This document shows positions 1 through 9,869 of a stretch of 64,000 nucleotides of DNA, piece after piece; the stretch's first letter is position 1, and each line of letters opens with the position of its first letter. The translations under genes and the position numbers were made by a program. The notes beneath the pieces were generated by a model that saw only the letters and a program-made list of their open reading frames with translations, ran no database searches and was not told the origin of the DNA. The stretch is taken from positions 28,500 to 92,499 of the forward strand of contig JABHRS010000037.1 of assembly GCA_018670085.1 (NCBI GenBank), in the 5' to 3' direction. Source of the stretch: an archaeon (GTDB taxonomy: Archaea > Nanobdellota > Nanobdellia > Woesearchaeales > GW2011-AR9).

Positions 1-161
1 TTGTGGCAAAGTCAGTCCAGACACAGTTTTATATCTCATGACAGCTGAGATTTTAAGACTAATTATAAAGGTTTATGTTGTAAATTAGCTATTAAGAATT
101 ATTGCCTCAACACAAACCAAATCGACAGATTAATATACGCATTTTCCTTCATTAATAATGG

Positions 162-2579
162 ATGGCAACTAAGTTCAAAAAAGCGCAAGCAATAGACTAC
201 ATTAAAAAATATGTCAGAGCTGCAGACTATTTAACAGCAACCCAAATATATCTTCAAGACAACTATCTTCTCAAAAAGAGACTACAACATACCGATATCA
301 AGCCAAGGCTCCTTGGCCATTGGGGAACAAGTCCAGGAATAAACTTTGTCTATGCTAACCTCCAACGATTGATCACAGAAACAAATCAAAGTATGTTATT
401 CGTTTTAGGTCCAGGTCATGGGTTTCCAGCACTGCAAGCTAATCTTTTTATGGAAGGAAGCCTGCAAAAATTTTACAAACAAGCTACGCATTCAAAAAAA
501 GGGATAGAACACATTTCAAAAAATTTTTCCTGGCCATACGGTTTTCCAAGTCACAGTAACCCAGGGGCTCCTGGAGTAATTCTAGAAGGTGGTGAACTTG
601 GATACGCCTTAGCAACCAGTTTTGGAGCAGTTCTAAATAATCCAGACTTAATTGTTACCTGTTTAGTAGGTGATGGAGAAGCAGAAACTGGTCCAACAGC
701 AACTGCTTGGCATTGCAATAAATTTATTGATCCGAAAACAAATGGTGCCGTTCTTCCAATTATCCATTTAAATGGATACAAAATTTCAGGTCCTACAATT
801 TATGGTCGAATGTCTAATCAAGAGTTAACAATGCTCTTCAAAGGTTACGGTTATCATCCAATTATAGTGGATGAAAAAACTGATGACAAAATGTTTAGCA
901 GTATGTACGAAGCTACAAATTTGGCTCATAAAATGATTAAAAAAATTCAAACAGTAGCCAGGAAAAAAAATGCTAAAGCAACAATAAAACCAAAGTTCCC
1001 AATGATTATTCTAAGATCCAAAAAGGGATGGACTGGGATTAAAGAATTACATCATAAAAAGATGGAAGGAAATTGTTTAGCACATCAAGTAGTTGGAAAA
1101 AAAGCTAAAAAGGATGATTATGAATTAGAAAAGATAGAAAACTGGTTTAAATCCTACGAATTCAACAAGTTATTCTCTGAAAAAAAAGGATTTTGTAAAG
1201 AGATTAGATCAATTATTCCAAAACAGAATTATTGTATGGGATTAAACAAACATGCTTTTGCTGGAAGAATAAAAAAGAAACTTAAACTTCCAAACATCAA
1301 AAAACTATCTGAAGACTCCAGAATACCTGGAACCATTGGATCAAGTAGTATGAGAAGGGCAGGTGTTTACTTAGAACAACTATCAAAATTAAACCCTACA
1401 AATTTCCGTCTTTTCTCTCCAGATGAAACTTATTCAAACAAACTTGATGCCATTTTTAATTCAACAACAAGAGCTTTTACTTGGCCAAAAAAGTCTTGGG
1501 ATACAGACTTTGCAAGTTCAGGACAAGTAATTGAAATGCTCAGCGAACATACACTTCAAGGTTTAACTCAAGGTTATGTGCTAACCGGACGCCATGCAAT
1601 TTTCGCATCATACGAGGCTTTCGTTGAGATTATTAGCAGTATGGCAGATCAATATGAAAAGTTCATTAGAGTTTCAAGAAAAATACCTTGGCGACGTGGG
1701 GCTCCATCAATTAATTACATCTTAACATCTTCTGGTTGGCGTCAAGAACATAATGGATTTTCTCATCAAAACCCGAAATTTATTAGTGGAATGCTCGAAA
1801 AACCAGGCTGCATTGCAAATGTCTATTTCCCACCAGATGGATCATCTACCTTAGCAGTCTTAGAAAAATGTATGAAAACTGAAGATAGTATCAATGTGAT
1901 TGTTGCTGGAAAAACTGTTGAAGCCAGATGGCTCACAATAGAAAAAGCAAAACAAGAATTAGAAGAAGGATTTATGATTTGGGATTTCATTAGTGATAAA
2001 AATCCAGACATCGTTTTCGCAGCTGTTGGTGATTACCTCACTAAAGAGGCAATTGCGGGAATTGAATGTTTAAAACAAACATTTCCAAAAATAAAAGTTA
2101 GGTTTGTAAATATCATGGAATTAACTTCAATTGGAATTGGCAATAGTGTTGGACATCACCACAAATTGAGTAAATCTGAGCAAGAAAAAGAAAACAACAA
2201 AAAAATTAATCATGTCCAAAAAGCTTTCACCAAAAACAAATCTGTAATTTTCAATTACCATGGTTACCCACATGATGTTAACTCACTTTTAATTCATTAT
2301 GATAATCCAAAAAGGTTCCATGTACATGGCTACACTGAAAATGGTTCTACTACAACCCCATTTGATATGCATGTGAGAAATCAAACTAGTAGATGGCACT
2401 TATGTATTGAAGCAATTGATATACTTGCAAAGGAAGGAAAAATTCCAAAAAAACAAGCTGCTACTGAAATCAAAAAATTCCAAAAGAGATTAGCTGATCA
2501 CCATAACTACATCATCAAATACGGTGATGATCCAAAAGAAATTAAGTACTGGAAATATACTAATAACTCCCAATCCTAA
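162..2579 (+). CDS. xfp: Xylulose-5-phosphate/fructose-6-phosphate phosphoketolase
   Basis: 805 aa, the typical phosphoketolase length. N-terminal GHWGTSPG motif and overall thiamine-PP phosphoketolase architecture. Confidence 0.85.
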   Translation: MATKFKKAQAIDYIKKYVRAADYLTATQIYLQDNYLLKKRLQHTDIKPRLLGHWGTSPGINFVYANLQRLITETNQSMLFVLGPGHGFPALQANLFMEGSLQKFYKQATHSKKGIEHISKNFSWPYGFPSHSNPGAPGVILEGGELGYALATSFGAVLNNPDLIVTCLVGDGEAETGPTATAWHCNKFIDPKTNGAVLPIIHLNGYKISGPTIYGRMSNQELTMLFKGYGYHPIIVDEKTDDKMFSSMYEATNLAHKMIKKIQTVARKKNAKATIKPKFPMIILRSKKGWTGIKELHHKKMEGNCLAHQVVGKKAKKDDYELEKIENWFKSYEFNKLFSEKKGFCKEIRSIIPKQNYCMGLNKHAFAGRIKKKLKLPNIKKLSEDSRIPGTIGSSSMRRAGVYLEQLSKLNPTNFRLFSPDETYSNKLDAIFNSTTRAFTWPKKSWDTDFASSGQVIEMLSEHTLQGLTQGYVLTGRHAIFASYEAFVEIISSMADQYEKFIRVSRKIPWRRGAPSINYILTSSGWRQEHNGFSHQNPKFISGMLEKPGCIANVYFPPDGSSTLAVLEKCMKTEDSINVIVAGKTVEARWLTIEKAKQELEEGFMIWDFISDKNPDIVFAAVGDYLTKEAIAGIECLKQTFPKIKVRFVNIMELTSIGIGNSVGHHHKLSKSEQEKENNKKINHVQKAFTKNKSVIFNYHGYPHDVNSLLIHYDNPKRFHVHGYTENGSTTTPFDMHVRNQTSRWHLCIEAIDILAKEGKIPKKQAATEIKKFQKRLADHHNYIIKYGDDPKEIKYWKYTNNSQS

Positions 2580-2645
2580 TAACTCTTAACCAAAAACAGA
2601 AAAATTAATTTTTAGTATATACCAAAAAATTAGTTCCAGACTAAT

Positions 2646-3797
2646 TTGTTTATGTATATGAAAGTGAATAAAATGCCAATTCCAAAAAACAAAAATTATA
2701 TCTTCATTGCTGTTAATATCGGCAGCACTAGCAAAAAATATTCTGTGTATTCAAATCAAGAAGAAATAACTTCAATTAATGTATCTGAGTTACAAAAAAC
2801 AAAAAATCACCAATCATTTTCTATCAATGAATTTCTAAAACAAACAATGTCGGTGAATGGATTCAATATTAATAAAAATATAAAATTGATTTTTGGAATT
2901 CGAATTGTAGCTCCTGGAACATTTTTCACTAAACATCAAATAATTAATCAACGCTTTCTTGATAAGTTAAAAAAAGCCGAACCATTAGATCCAATTCATA
3001 TTAGTTCAACAATTAAAGAAATAAATGAGATCAGAAAACATTTTCCAAATTCCAAGATAATTGCTGTTTCTGATTCCAAGATCCATACTAACAGACCAGA
3101 ATATGCAAAAAATTATCCATTAAATAAAAAATTAATCAAAAAATTTGACCTTTACAAATTTGGTTACCATGGCCTAGCTGCAGGTTCTGCAATATCTCAG
3201 TTAAAATCAAAAAAAATACTAAAAGCAAAAACAATCATCTGCCATTTAGGTGGTGGTACTAGTGTCACAGCTATCAAAAATGGAAAAAGTATTGAGACCA
3301 CAATGGGTTTTAGCCCTCTTGAGGGAATTATGGGTGTTACAAGATCAGGTAGTTTAGATCCCACAATTCTGGATATATTATACAAAAATAAAAAAATAGA
3401 TTTATCAAAACTTTACCAATACTCCGGATTCCTTGGTCTCACAGGTTCAAGTGATTTGCTTAAGATCACTGAAAAATCAAAAAATAGATCAAATGAAAAT
3501 GAAAAGTTAGCTATTGATCTTTATTGTTATCAAGTACAAAAAGCTGTAGGGTCCGCAATCTCACAGATTAAAGGAGTAGATTTAATTGTGTTTACAGGTG
3601 GAATTGGAACTGGATCAAGCCTAATTAGGAAAAAAATTTGTGCGCAATTTGACTATCTCAATTTAAAATTAGATCATAAAAAAAACAAATATCATCTACC
3701 TGGAATCATTAGTGATAGGTACAGTAAAGTCAAAGTTGCTTTGGTACATATTGATGAAATGCAAGAAATTCTAAAAGTCTGCCAAAATTTTATATAA
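2646..3797 (+). CDS. ackA: Acetate kinase. True start probably at the internal Met near 2673 (MPIPKNK...).
   Basis: N-terminal IAVNIGSTSKKYSVY (cf. LVLNCGSSSxKYQL). HLGGGTSVTAIKNGKSIETTMGFSPLEGIMGVTRSGSLDP matches the acetate/propionate kinase signature. Sits immediately downstream of the phosphoketolase. Confidence 0.8.
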   Translation: MFMYMKVNKMPIPKNKNYIFIAVNIGSTSKKYSVYSNQEEITSINVSELQKTKNHQSFSINEFLKQTMSVNGFNINKNIKLIFGIRIVAPGTFFTKHQIINQRFLDKLKKAEPLDPIHISSTIKEINEIRKHFPNSKIIAVSDSKIHTNRPEYAKNYPLNKKLIKKFDLYKFGYHGLAAGSAISQLKSKKILKAKTIICHLGGGTSVTAIKNGKSIETTMGFSPLEGIMGVTRSGSLDPTILDILYKNKKIDLSKLYQYSGFLGLTGSSDLLKITEKSKNRSNENEKLAIDLYCYQVQKAVGSAISQIKGVDLIVFTGGIGTGSSLIRKKICAQFDYLNLKLDHKKNKYHLPGIISDRYSKVKVALVHIDEMQEILKVCQNFI

Positions 3798-3818
3798 ATT
3801 CTACAAAATTAGCAGTTC

Positions 3819-5339
3819 ATGAATAAATCAAGACACTGGCCGCAAGAGTGGAACACAGATCCAAAGGTTCTACTAGTCAATGCTGGAAACGATGAAGGGA
3901 TGTCCAAAATTGCCAACGATGGATGTTTTCCGGCCCTTGGTGTATTAGCTCTTGGTACGTATATTCAAAAAAATATTCCAGAAATTGAAGTTCTCTGCCG
4001 AGATGGACAGGTTGTTTCAAATAAAAAAATAATGAATTTATATGATTCTGAAAATATCACTTTTTTAGGAATCAGCGTTCTTAGTACCTCATATCAAAAT
4101 GCCTTAGACCTTGCATACCAATCTGCTTGCTATGGTATTCCTGCAGTTTTTGGAAACGACCACGCAGCTCAAACTGCAGAAGCCCTTCTGAATGCTCACC
4201 CATATATTGGAGCTGTAGTAGGAAGTGAGTATGGTGAAGAGGCACTTGAAATGTTAGTTCGTGACAGTATCGGAGAAATCATAGATTTAGATTCAATTCC
4301 TCATCTTACGAGTACTTCCAATCAATTAATTAAGGGAAATCCTCGTATCTTTGATATCAAGAAAAAGCTTTCTGAACTATCGATCATCAATAGCAAACTC
4401 AACAATACTGGTAGCAGAACAACTGCACTGGATATCTTTCCAATTGTCGACCGAAGCCTTTACCCGGAAGACCACTGGGCAACTTACCTTAAACGTTACA
4501 AAGAAAAGTTTGGACATCTCCATAATGATGAAATTACTGGTGTAACTACCATGAATCGTGCTCGTGGATGTTCTCGTCAAGGACATTTAATCTGCAAACA
4601 CTGCGATATGGGTTTAGACATTGCATTTTCATCACCTGAAAAGTTTTGGGAAGAAGTAAAAACTGCACACAAACAAATTGCTGCTAATGTGTTTTATGAA
4701 GTTTGTGATAGCTTTTCAAGTTTTGGCAGATTCGTAAAATCAGTCGCCGACACTAAACCAAAAGATTTAGGTTTTGATCCTCACTTTTTTGTTTATGGGC
4801 AAGCAATTGATTTAGTTAGACGTCCAAAAATGGTTGAATATTTCAAAAAAATTGGAGTTTTTCGAGTAAACATTGGGCTTGAAGCAGGTTCCAACACCAC
4901 ATTACAACATATGAAAGGCAAATTCGATTCAGTTGCTATCAACTATACTGCATTAAAAAAATTAAAGGCAGCTGGTATTCATGCTTATGGTTCATTTGTT
5001 CTTGGAACTGAAGCCGAAACTCCTGAAACCCTCACTCAAACAGTTAATTTTGTTAAAAAAATAGTCACTGAAGGATTACTTCAAGATTTAGAAGTGCAAC
5101 CAATATTGCCTTTACCAAATAATTATTACGGAAGAGATCTTGTAATAAAAGGGATCATTTCAAGAAGAGAAGATTGGCCAAAAGATCTTGGAAGCATCTC
5201 TAGATTATACATTGACCAATGCTCCGGAATTTCTTATAATCAAGCAATCGAAGCTGCAGTAGAACTTCGTGAATTTGCAGCGATGTATGGGATTAATTTT
5301 GGCAGTGGAGTTTCAAATGAATCAACATACCAAAGTTAA
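3819..5339 (+). CDS. B12-binding-domain / radical SAM-like protein with an atypical Cys cluster
   Basis: N-terminal Rossmann-like B12-binding pattern (LLVNAGN...GISVLSTSYQ...FGNDHAA). RGC...CKHC (C-x8-C-x2-C) where CxxxCxxC is expected. VNIGLEAGSNTTLQHMKG resembles the radical-SAM GxE glycine-rich motif. Confidence 0.5.
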   Translation: MNKSRHWPQEWNTDPKVLLVNAGNDEGMSKIANDGCFPALGVLALGTYIQKNIPEIEVLCRDGQVVSNKKIMNLYDSENITFLGISVLSTSYQNALDLAYQSACYGIPAVFGNDHAAQTAEALLNAHPYIGAVVGSEYGEEALEMLVRDSIGEIIDLDSIPHLTSTSNQLIKGNPRIFDIKKKLSELSIINSKLNNTGSRTTALDIFPIVDRSLYPEDHWATYLKRYKEKFGHLHNDEITGVTTMNRARGCSRQGHLICKHCDMGLDIAFSSPEKFWEEVKTAHKQIAANVFYEVCDSFSSFGRFVKSVADTKPKDLGFDPHFFVYGQAIDLVRRPKMVEYFKKIGVFRVNIGLEAGSNTTLQHMKGKFDSVAINYTALKKLKAAGIHAYGSFVLGTEAETPETLTQTVNFVKKIVTEGLLQDLEVQPILPLPNNYYGRDLVIKGIISRREDWPKDLGSISRLYIDQCSGISYNQAIEAAVELREFAAMYGINFGSGVSNESTYQS

Positions 5340-5394
5340 TCAGACAAGATGCCAACACAATATCTTTTTATACAATAGATAATACTATCAATAA

Positions 5395-6000
5395 ATGTCT
5401 AACAAAAAAATAAATTATGATTTCAATTTGATCAACAAAGCTTTCAATATCGCATCCGAGAAACATCAAAATCAAACACGCAAAGGCAGCGATATTCCAT
5501 ACCTAATTCATTTAATGGATGTAGCATCAATTCTATTCCAGTTTAAAGCATCAACTGATCAAGTTTGTGCAGGATTTCTACATGACACAATTGAAGATAC
5601 CCCATACACACTTGAAGAGTTAAAAGAAGATTTTAACCAACAGGTTCATGATTTTGTTAAATTTAGTACAGAAAATATGGAAGAAAAAGGTCCAGATCAT
5701 TCAAATGAATCTTGGGAAAAAAGAAAAATTGAAGTTATTGAAAAATCCAAATTAGCATCCAATGACGAACTGTTAGTTATGTTTGCAGACAAGCTTGCTA
5801 ACATCAGAAGTTTTGTTCAAGATTACAAGGAACTAGGGGAAAAACTTTGGGAAAAATTTAACGGAAACAAAGAAAAACAAAAATGGTTTTATTCATCATT
5901 ATATCAAATATTTAAAGATAAATTTGGTCAAAATCAGGAAGTCAAATTATTCTTAGTAGAATTTGATGAACATGTAGCATCCTTGTGGCCAAAAAGCTAA
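5395..6000 (+). CDS. Small HD-domain phosphohydrolase of the RelA/SpoT (ppGpp-hydrolase/Mesh1-like) type
   Basis: PYLIHLMDVASIL ... GFLHDTIEDT (H...HD with the EDT motif characteristic of RelA/SpoT-family HD domains). About 200 aa. Confidence 0.55.
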   Translation: MSNKKINYDFNLINKAFNIASEKHQNQTRKGSDIPYLIHLMDVASILFQFKASTDQVCAGFLHDTIEDTPYTLEELKEDFNQQVHDFVKFSTENMEEKGPDHSNESWEKRKIEVIEKSKLASNDELLVMFADKLANIRSFVQDYKELGEKLWEKFNGNKEKQKWFYSSLYQIFKDKFGQNQEVKLFLVEFDEHVASLWPKS

Positions 6001-6001
6001 T

Positions 6002-7489
6002 TTATGAATGATACAAATGCTGTATTCCAAGTTTGGACGCATTCTTAACACCAAGTGCACTAAGTAATTCCTTAAACTCATAATTACTATTTTTCACATA
6101 GTTGTAAACCCTTTCTGACTTCGCTTCCACATCAAGTCCTCGTTGCAATACAGGGTCGTGAGTTGTAATACCAGCTGGACAAGTTCCTTTGTTACATTGC
6201 AAAGCTTGAATACACCCAAGAGACAACAAAAATCCACGAGCAGTATAAATTGCATCAGCGCCAGTTGCTAGGGCAGCTATTTGTTTTCCAGGATTGATTA
6301 ATTTCCCTGAAGCTACAACTTTTAATTTATTACGAACTTTTTCTTTTTCAAGCACATTACATACTTGTTTAAGTGATGCAAATAGTGGAACCCCTACATT
6401 ATCCATAAAACTCTTTGGTGCAGCTCCAGTAGCTCCTTCCGCTCCATCAACTGCGATATAATCTGGAAATACTTTTTGCTTTTTCATCTCTTTAATTAAA
6501 ACTGAGAATTCTTTAATATCACCTAAACAGAATTTAATTCCAACAGGTAACTCAGATAAATCCTGAATTTTTTTAATGAATTTCACGGTGTTTTTTGGAT
6601 TATCACATTCCATATGCCTTGATGGTGAAACAACGTCTTTATCCATCCCTACATGTCTGATTTTTGCAATCTCTTCAGTAATTTTCTCTTTAGGTAAAAG
6701 TCCACCTTTCCCAGGTTTTGCTCCTTGTGAAAATTTAATCTCAACCATTTTTACTTGATGAGTTTGGGCAATCTTTTGAAATTTTTCTTCATTTAATGTA
6801 CCATCATTATTTCGGCAACCAAATTTAGCGGTTCCCATTTGATAGATCACATCAGCTCCACCAGACAAATGATAAGTAGATAATCCACCTTCACCAGTAT
6901 TAATTGGAATTCCTGCTTTGTGCGCTCCAAGTGAAAGTGCCATAACAGCGTTTGCACCCAAGGATCCAAAACTCATTGCACTAATCATTATTGCTTTGTT
7001 AATTGTAAATTGGCTTTTTAATTTACGTTCATCTCCAAAAGTTAATGAAAATTCTTCAACATCCTTTTTTGAAAGTGGGAACATTGAATGGCGAAGCATG
7101 GTAGCTCCTTTATCGATATCAAGTTGAGTTCCAAAACTTTCAGTAGAATCGATATTTTTTGATTTACGGTAAACATCCGCACGTTCAGTTCTGTTAAATG
7201 GCCGCTCTTCTGTATCACTGAGGTAAAAATATTGCCTCATTTCAGGACCAATACTCTCCATAAAATACCTTACTGTTGCTAAAATTCCAAAGTTTCTGAG
7301 TAAAGCATGTTTTGTTTGAATATTTTTTAGATAAAAATTAAATCCAGACAAAATCCCAAAGATTACAAATAGTACTATGTATCCTGGATGCAGATAAATT
7401 CCTAGGAATAATGTGATGATTGTAATTAAGTAAAGAAATTTTGCTCCCCATTGTGCTGTTTCTTGTAAGTCAATTGCCAGGCGTACCAT
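6002..7489 (-). CDS. FMN-binding glutamate synthase (GltB domain-2-like) family protein with N-terminal TM helices
   Basis: GEGGLSTYHLSGGADVIYQMGTAKFGCR and the G-rich FMN/Fe-S segment GKLINPG...GADAIYTARG are typical of glutamate synthase central-domain homologues. Two N-terminal hydrophobic helices. Confidence 0.65.
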   Translation of the reverse strand: MVRLAIDLQETAQWGAKFLYLITIITLFLGIYLHPGYIVLFVIFGILSGFNFYLKNIQTKHALLRNFGILATVRYFMESIGPEMRQYFYLSDTEERPFNRTERADVYRKSKNIDSTESFGTQLDIDKGATMLRHSMFPLSKKDVEEFSLTFGDERKLKSQFTINKAIMISAMSFGSLGANAVMALSLGAHKAGIPINTGEGGLSTYHLSGGADVIYQMGTAKFGCRNNDGTLNEEKFQKIAQTHQVKMVEIKFSQGAKPGKGGLLPKEKITEEIAKIRHVGMDKDVVSPSRHMECDNPKNTVKFIKKIQDLSELPVGIKFCLGDIKEFSVLIKEMKKQKVFPDYIAVDGAEGATGAAPKSFMDNVGVPLFASLKQVCNVLEKEKVRNKLKVVASGKLINPGKQIAALATGADAIYTARGFLLSLGCIQALQCNKGTCPAGITTHDPVLQRGLDVEAKSERVYNYVKNSNYEFKELLSALGVKNASKLGIQHLYHS

Positions 7490-7586
7490 TTAATGTTTAG
7501 AATATGTTTGTAGTATAAAAAGTAGTCTGTTGTGAGGATAAGATAAAAGAGATTAAAAATAGTCAAAAAAAGAAAAAAAGAAAAAA

Positions 7587-8762
7587 TTACCTTCGAAACA
7601 TCCTAGTTCTGCCAATTTGTTTAGCACCTTTACGTGCAGACTGTTTCTTAAACCCAAGTTGCAATGCCCTAAACACTGATCGAATAGCAGCATCAAGTTT
7701 CCACTCATTGCTATCTGCCATCAATATTCCATGGCTACCTTCAACTTTTAATTTCACATCATATTGATGTGCAGCCCCAGTTCTTTTTCCAACTTTAAGA
7801 TGCATTGAAAAATTTAATTCCTCACCAACTTTTCTTTGTAATTTCAAAGCTTCACTTCGAATTAGTGCCAAAAATCTAGCTTCTTGCAGATCATGTAAAT
7901 CTAACTTTTTTAATCCACGGATATTAAGTTGCAATGGTGCTTGAATCTCTTGATGTATAAATGCACCTAGAATAGTTTTCAAAGTAACCAAACCATATAC
8001 TTTACCATTTTCTTGAACTATCAAATCCCGGATATTTCGTTTATGCATAACCGCCATTGCATCTAGCAGACTATTTCCTCTTGTGATTGTAAGCAATTGT
8101 CCATGGCTCATAAAAGAATCCACAGGTAAATTCAATGGAGAATTTCTATCAACAACCGCACTTGGACTACCAATTCCACCAGCAGCTTTTCCAGGGTTCG
8201 ATACTCTTTGGTTTTGCTGCATAGCAACTTTCATTACATCACGAATTGAGAGTAATCCATCTAATTCCCTATTTGTAAAAACTAATACATGGTCAACTTT
8301 TTCCTTAATCATTATTGAAAGTGCTTTTCCAACAGAGTCTACACTTTTCATTGGGCTTGGTTTTATTAAATCCAAAGATCCAACAATTTGTTTAGCAGCA
8401 TCAAGTTCTAATGAAAGTTCTTGTAAAACATCAATTAATTGAACAAGACCAACTAACTTACCTTTATTTTCAACAGGTAAAGTTTGGACTCCAGTTGAGT
8501 GCATCAATTTTGCACAGTGCATTAAATCTAAATCTTCAAGAATGATCGGAGTTTTAATTACCACATTATGTGCTTTACTTGTAGCATCGTATTTACGACC
8601 AAGTAATTTTCGTCGACTAACAATTCCAATGAAGCTGCCTTTTTCGTTTAGTACAACTGCACTGCGTTTTTTATGTTTAATTAATGAGCCTACCACCTTT
8701 GATAGTTCATCGTTATTGTTAAAGGAAAGAAAATTTGTATGCATAATATCTTTTGCTTTCAT
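7587..8762 (-). CDS. CBS-domain (x4) protein fused to a C-terminal ribosome hibernation factor (HPF/RaiA, S30AE)-like domain
   Basis: Repeated CBS-type segments (IGIVSRRKLL, VGLVQLIDVL, DGLLSIRDVM, YGLVTLKTIL). C-terminal approx. 110 aa LNIRGLK...HLKVGK...HQYDVKLKV...KLDAAIRSVFRALQ aligns by eye with E. coli HPF (LNITGNN...VLKVEK...ATLHVNGGEIHA...MYAAIDGLIDKLARQL). Confidence 0.55.
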   Translation of the reverse strand: MKAKDIMHTNFLSFNNNDELSKVVGSLIKHKKRSAVVLNEKGSFIGIVSRRKLLGRKYDATSKAHNVVIKTPIILEDLDLMHCAKLMHSTGVQTLPVENKGKLVGLVQLIDVLQELSLELDAAKQIVGSLDLIKPSPMKSVDSVGKALSIMIKEKVDHVLVFTNRELDGLLSIRDVMKVAMQQNQRVSNPGKAAGGIGSPSAVVDRNSPLNLPVDSFMSHGQLLTITRGNSLLDAMAVMHKRNIRDLIVQENGKVYGLVTLKTILGAFIHQEIQAPLQLNIRGLKKLDLHDLQEARFLALIRSEALKLQRKVGEELNFSMHLKVGKRTGAAHQYDVKLKVEGSHGILMADSNEWKLDAAIRSVFRALQLGFKKQSARKGAKQIGRTRMFRR

Positions 8763-9164
8763 AACCTGTGCCCCCGAGATATTTAGTGATTATAAAATCT
8801 CAAGTCTTAATATGAATTATTAATATTTAAATTTGATTGAACTGGAGCACAACTACTAAGCATCATCATTGCAACTAAAAGAACCATTCCTACAATCAAG
8901 ATCACATTTTTTCTTGTATTCATTTTTTCACCTTTAATCTTTTTAATTAAGTAAAGGATTTAAGTTTAAAAGAGTTATGAGAAAATTGCCACAAACCCAA
9001 CAGAAATCCAACAATAGCTTTATAAATCACGATCAAATATCCAACATATACAGAGATGTGGGTCATGGCGCACCTGAATCTGTAGAAAAATATCAAAAAA
9101 AACAACAAATATACAAGAATCATGAAACATCTTGTACTAACCGCAACGCGGAGGCCGAAATAAA

Positions 9165-9740
9165 ATGGGAATGTACCAATATGTACGAAAACTTTGGAAG
9201 CAACCAAAGAAAAATTTAGCAGAACTTTACCGAGAGAGATTAATCGCTTGGAGACAACAACCTTCTACTATTAGAATTGAAAGACCAACAAGAATCGATC
9301 GTGCTCGTGCCCTTGGATATAAAGCAAAACAAGGATACGTTGTAGTACGTGAGAGAGTTATTCGTGGTGGACACAAACGTCCAATGCTTAAAGGTGGACG
9401 ACGTCCAAAGCGTTACACACAAAGATTAAACTTAAGAAAAAGTTACCAAGTTGTAATTGAAGAACGTGTTCAGAAAGCTTTCAAAAACTTAGTTGTATTA
9501 AGCAGTTATTGGGTAGCAGAAGACGGAAGACATTATTGGTATGAAGTTATCTTAGTTGATCCAGATCATCCAGTAATTAAAGCTGATAAAAACATTAATT
9601 GGACTAGTAAAAAAGCAAACCAATCCAGAGTTCACCATGGAAAAACTTCCGCAGGAAGAAAATCTCGTGGTATGGCAGGAAAAGGTAAAGGATTCGAAAA
9701 AGCAAGACCATCACGTCGTGCTCATCAGCGAAGACAATAA
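9165..9740 (+). CDS. rpl15e: 50S ribosomal protein L15e
   Basis: MGMYQYVRKLWKQPKK...RPTRIDRARALGYKAKQGYVVVRERVIRGG..SAGRKSRGM: a canonical L15e sequence. Confidence 0.9.
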   Translation: MGMYQYVRKLWKQPKKNLAELYRERLIAWRQQPSTIRIERPTRIDRARALGYKAKQGYVVVRERVIRGGHKRPMLKGGRRPKRYTQRLNLRKSYQVVIEERVQKAFKNLVVLSSYWVAEDGRHYWYEVILVDPDHPVIKADKNINWTSKKANQSRVHHGKTSAGRKSRGMAGKGKGFEKARPSRRAHQRRQ

Positions 9741-9869
9741 ACTAGATCAGTTGAATCAATGGGACGTTTGTTCCTTGTTCATTTTTTTTATTTTTATTTT
9801 TTATTAATTCTCAAATACTTCAAAAATTCTCAATAATCATTATATAGAAACAAACATATTAAACAATCT

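Noticed and set aside
551-2011. Short antisense ORFs inside xfp (551..781 and 1823..2011). The same applies to antisense or internal ORFs within ileS, the giant surface gene, the glutamate synthase-like gene, msrAB and others (e.g. 39526..39866, 41486..41806, 42485..42835, 18729..19556).
   Set aside because: Embedded in or antisense to long, well-supported genes. Low-complexity translations. Regarded as frame artefacts.
8947-9219. Two mutually overlapping small ORFs (86 aa on the minus strand, 80 aa on the plus strand) upstream of rpl15e
   Set aside because: They overlap each other and the L15e start. Low-complexity composition. Most likely promoter or leader DNA. A separate 38-aa lipoprotein-like minus-strand ORF at about 8815..8930 (MNTRKNVILIVGMVLLVAMMMLSSC...) was seen but is too short to support.
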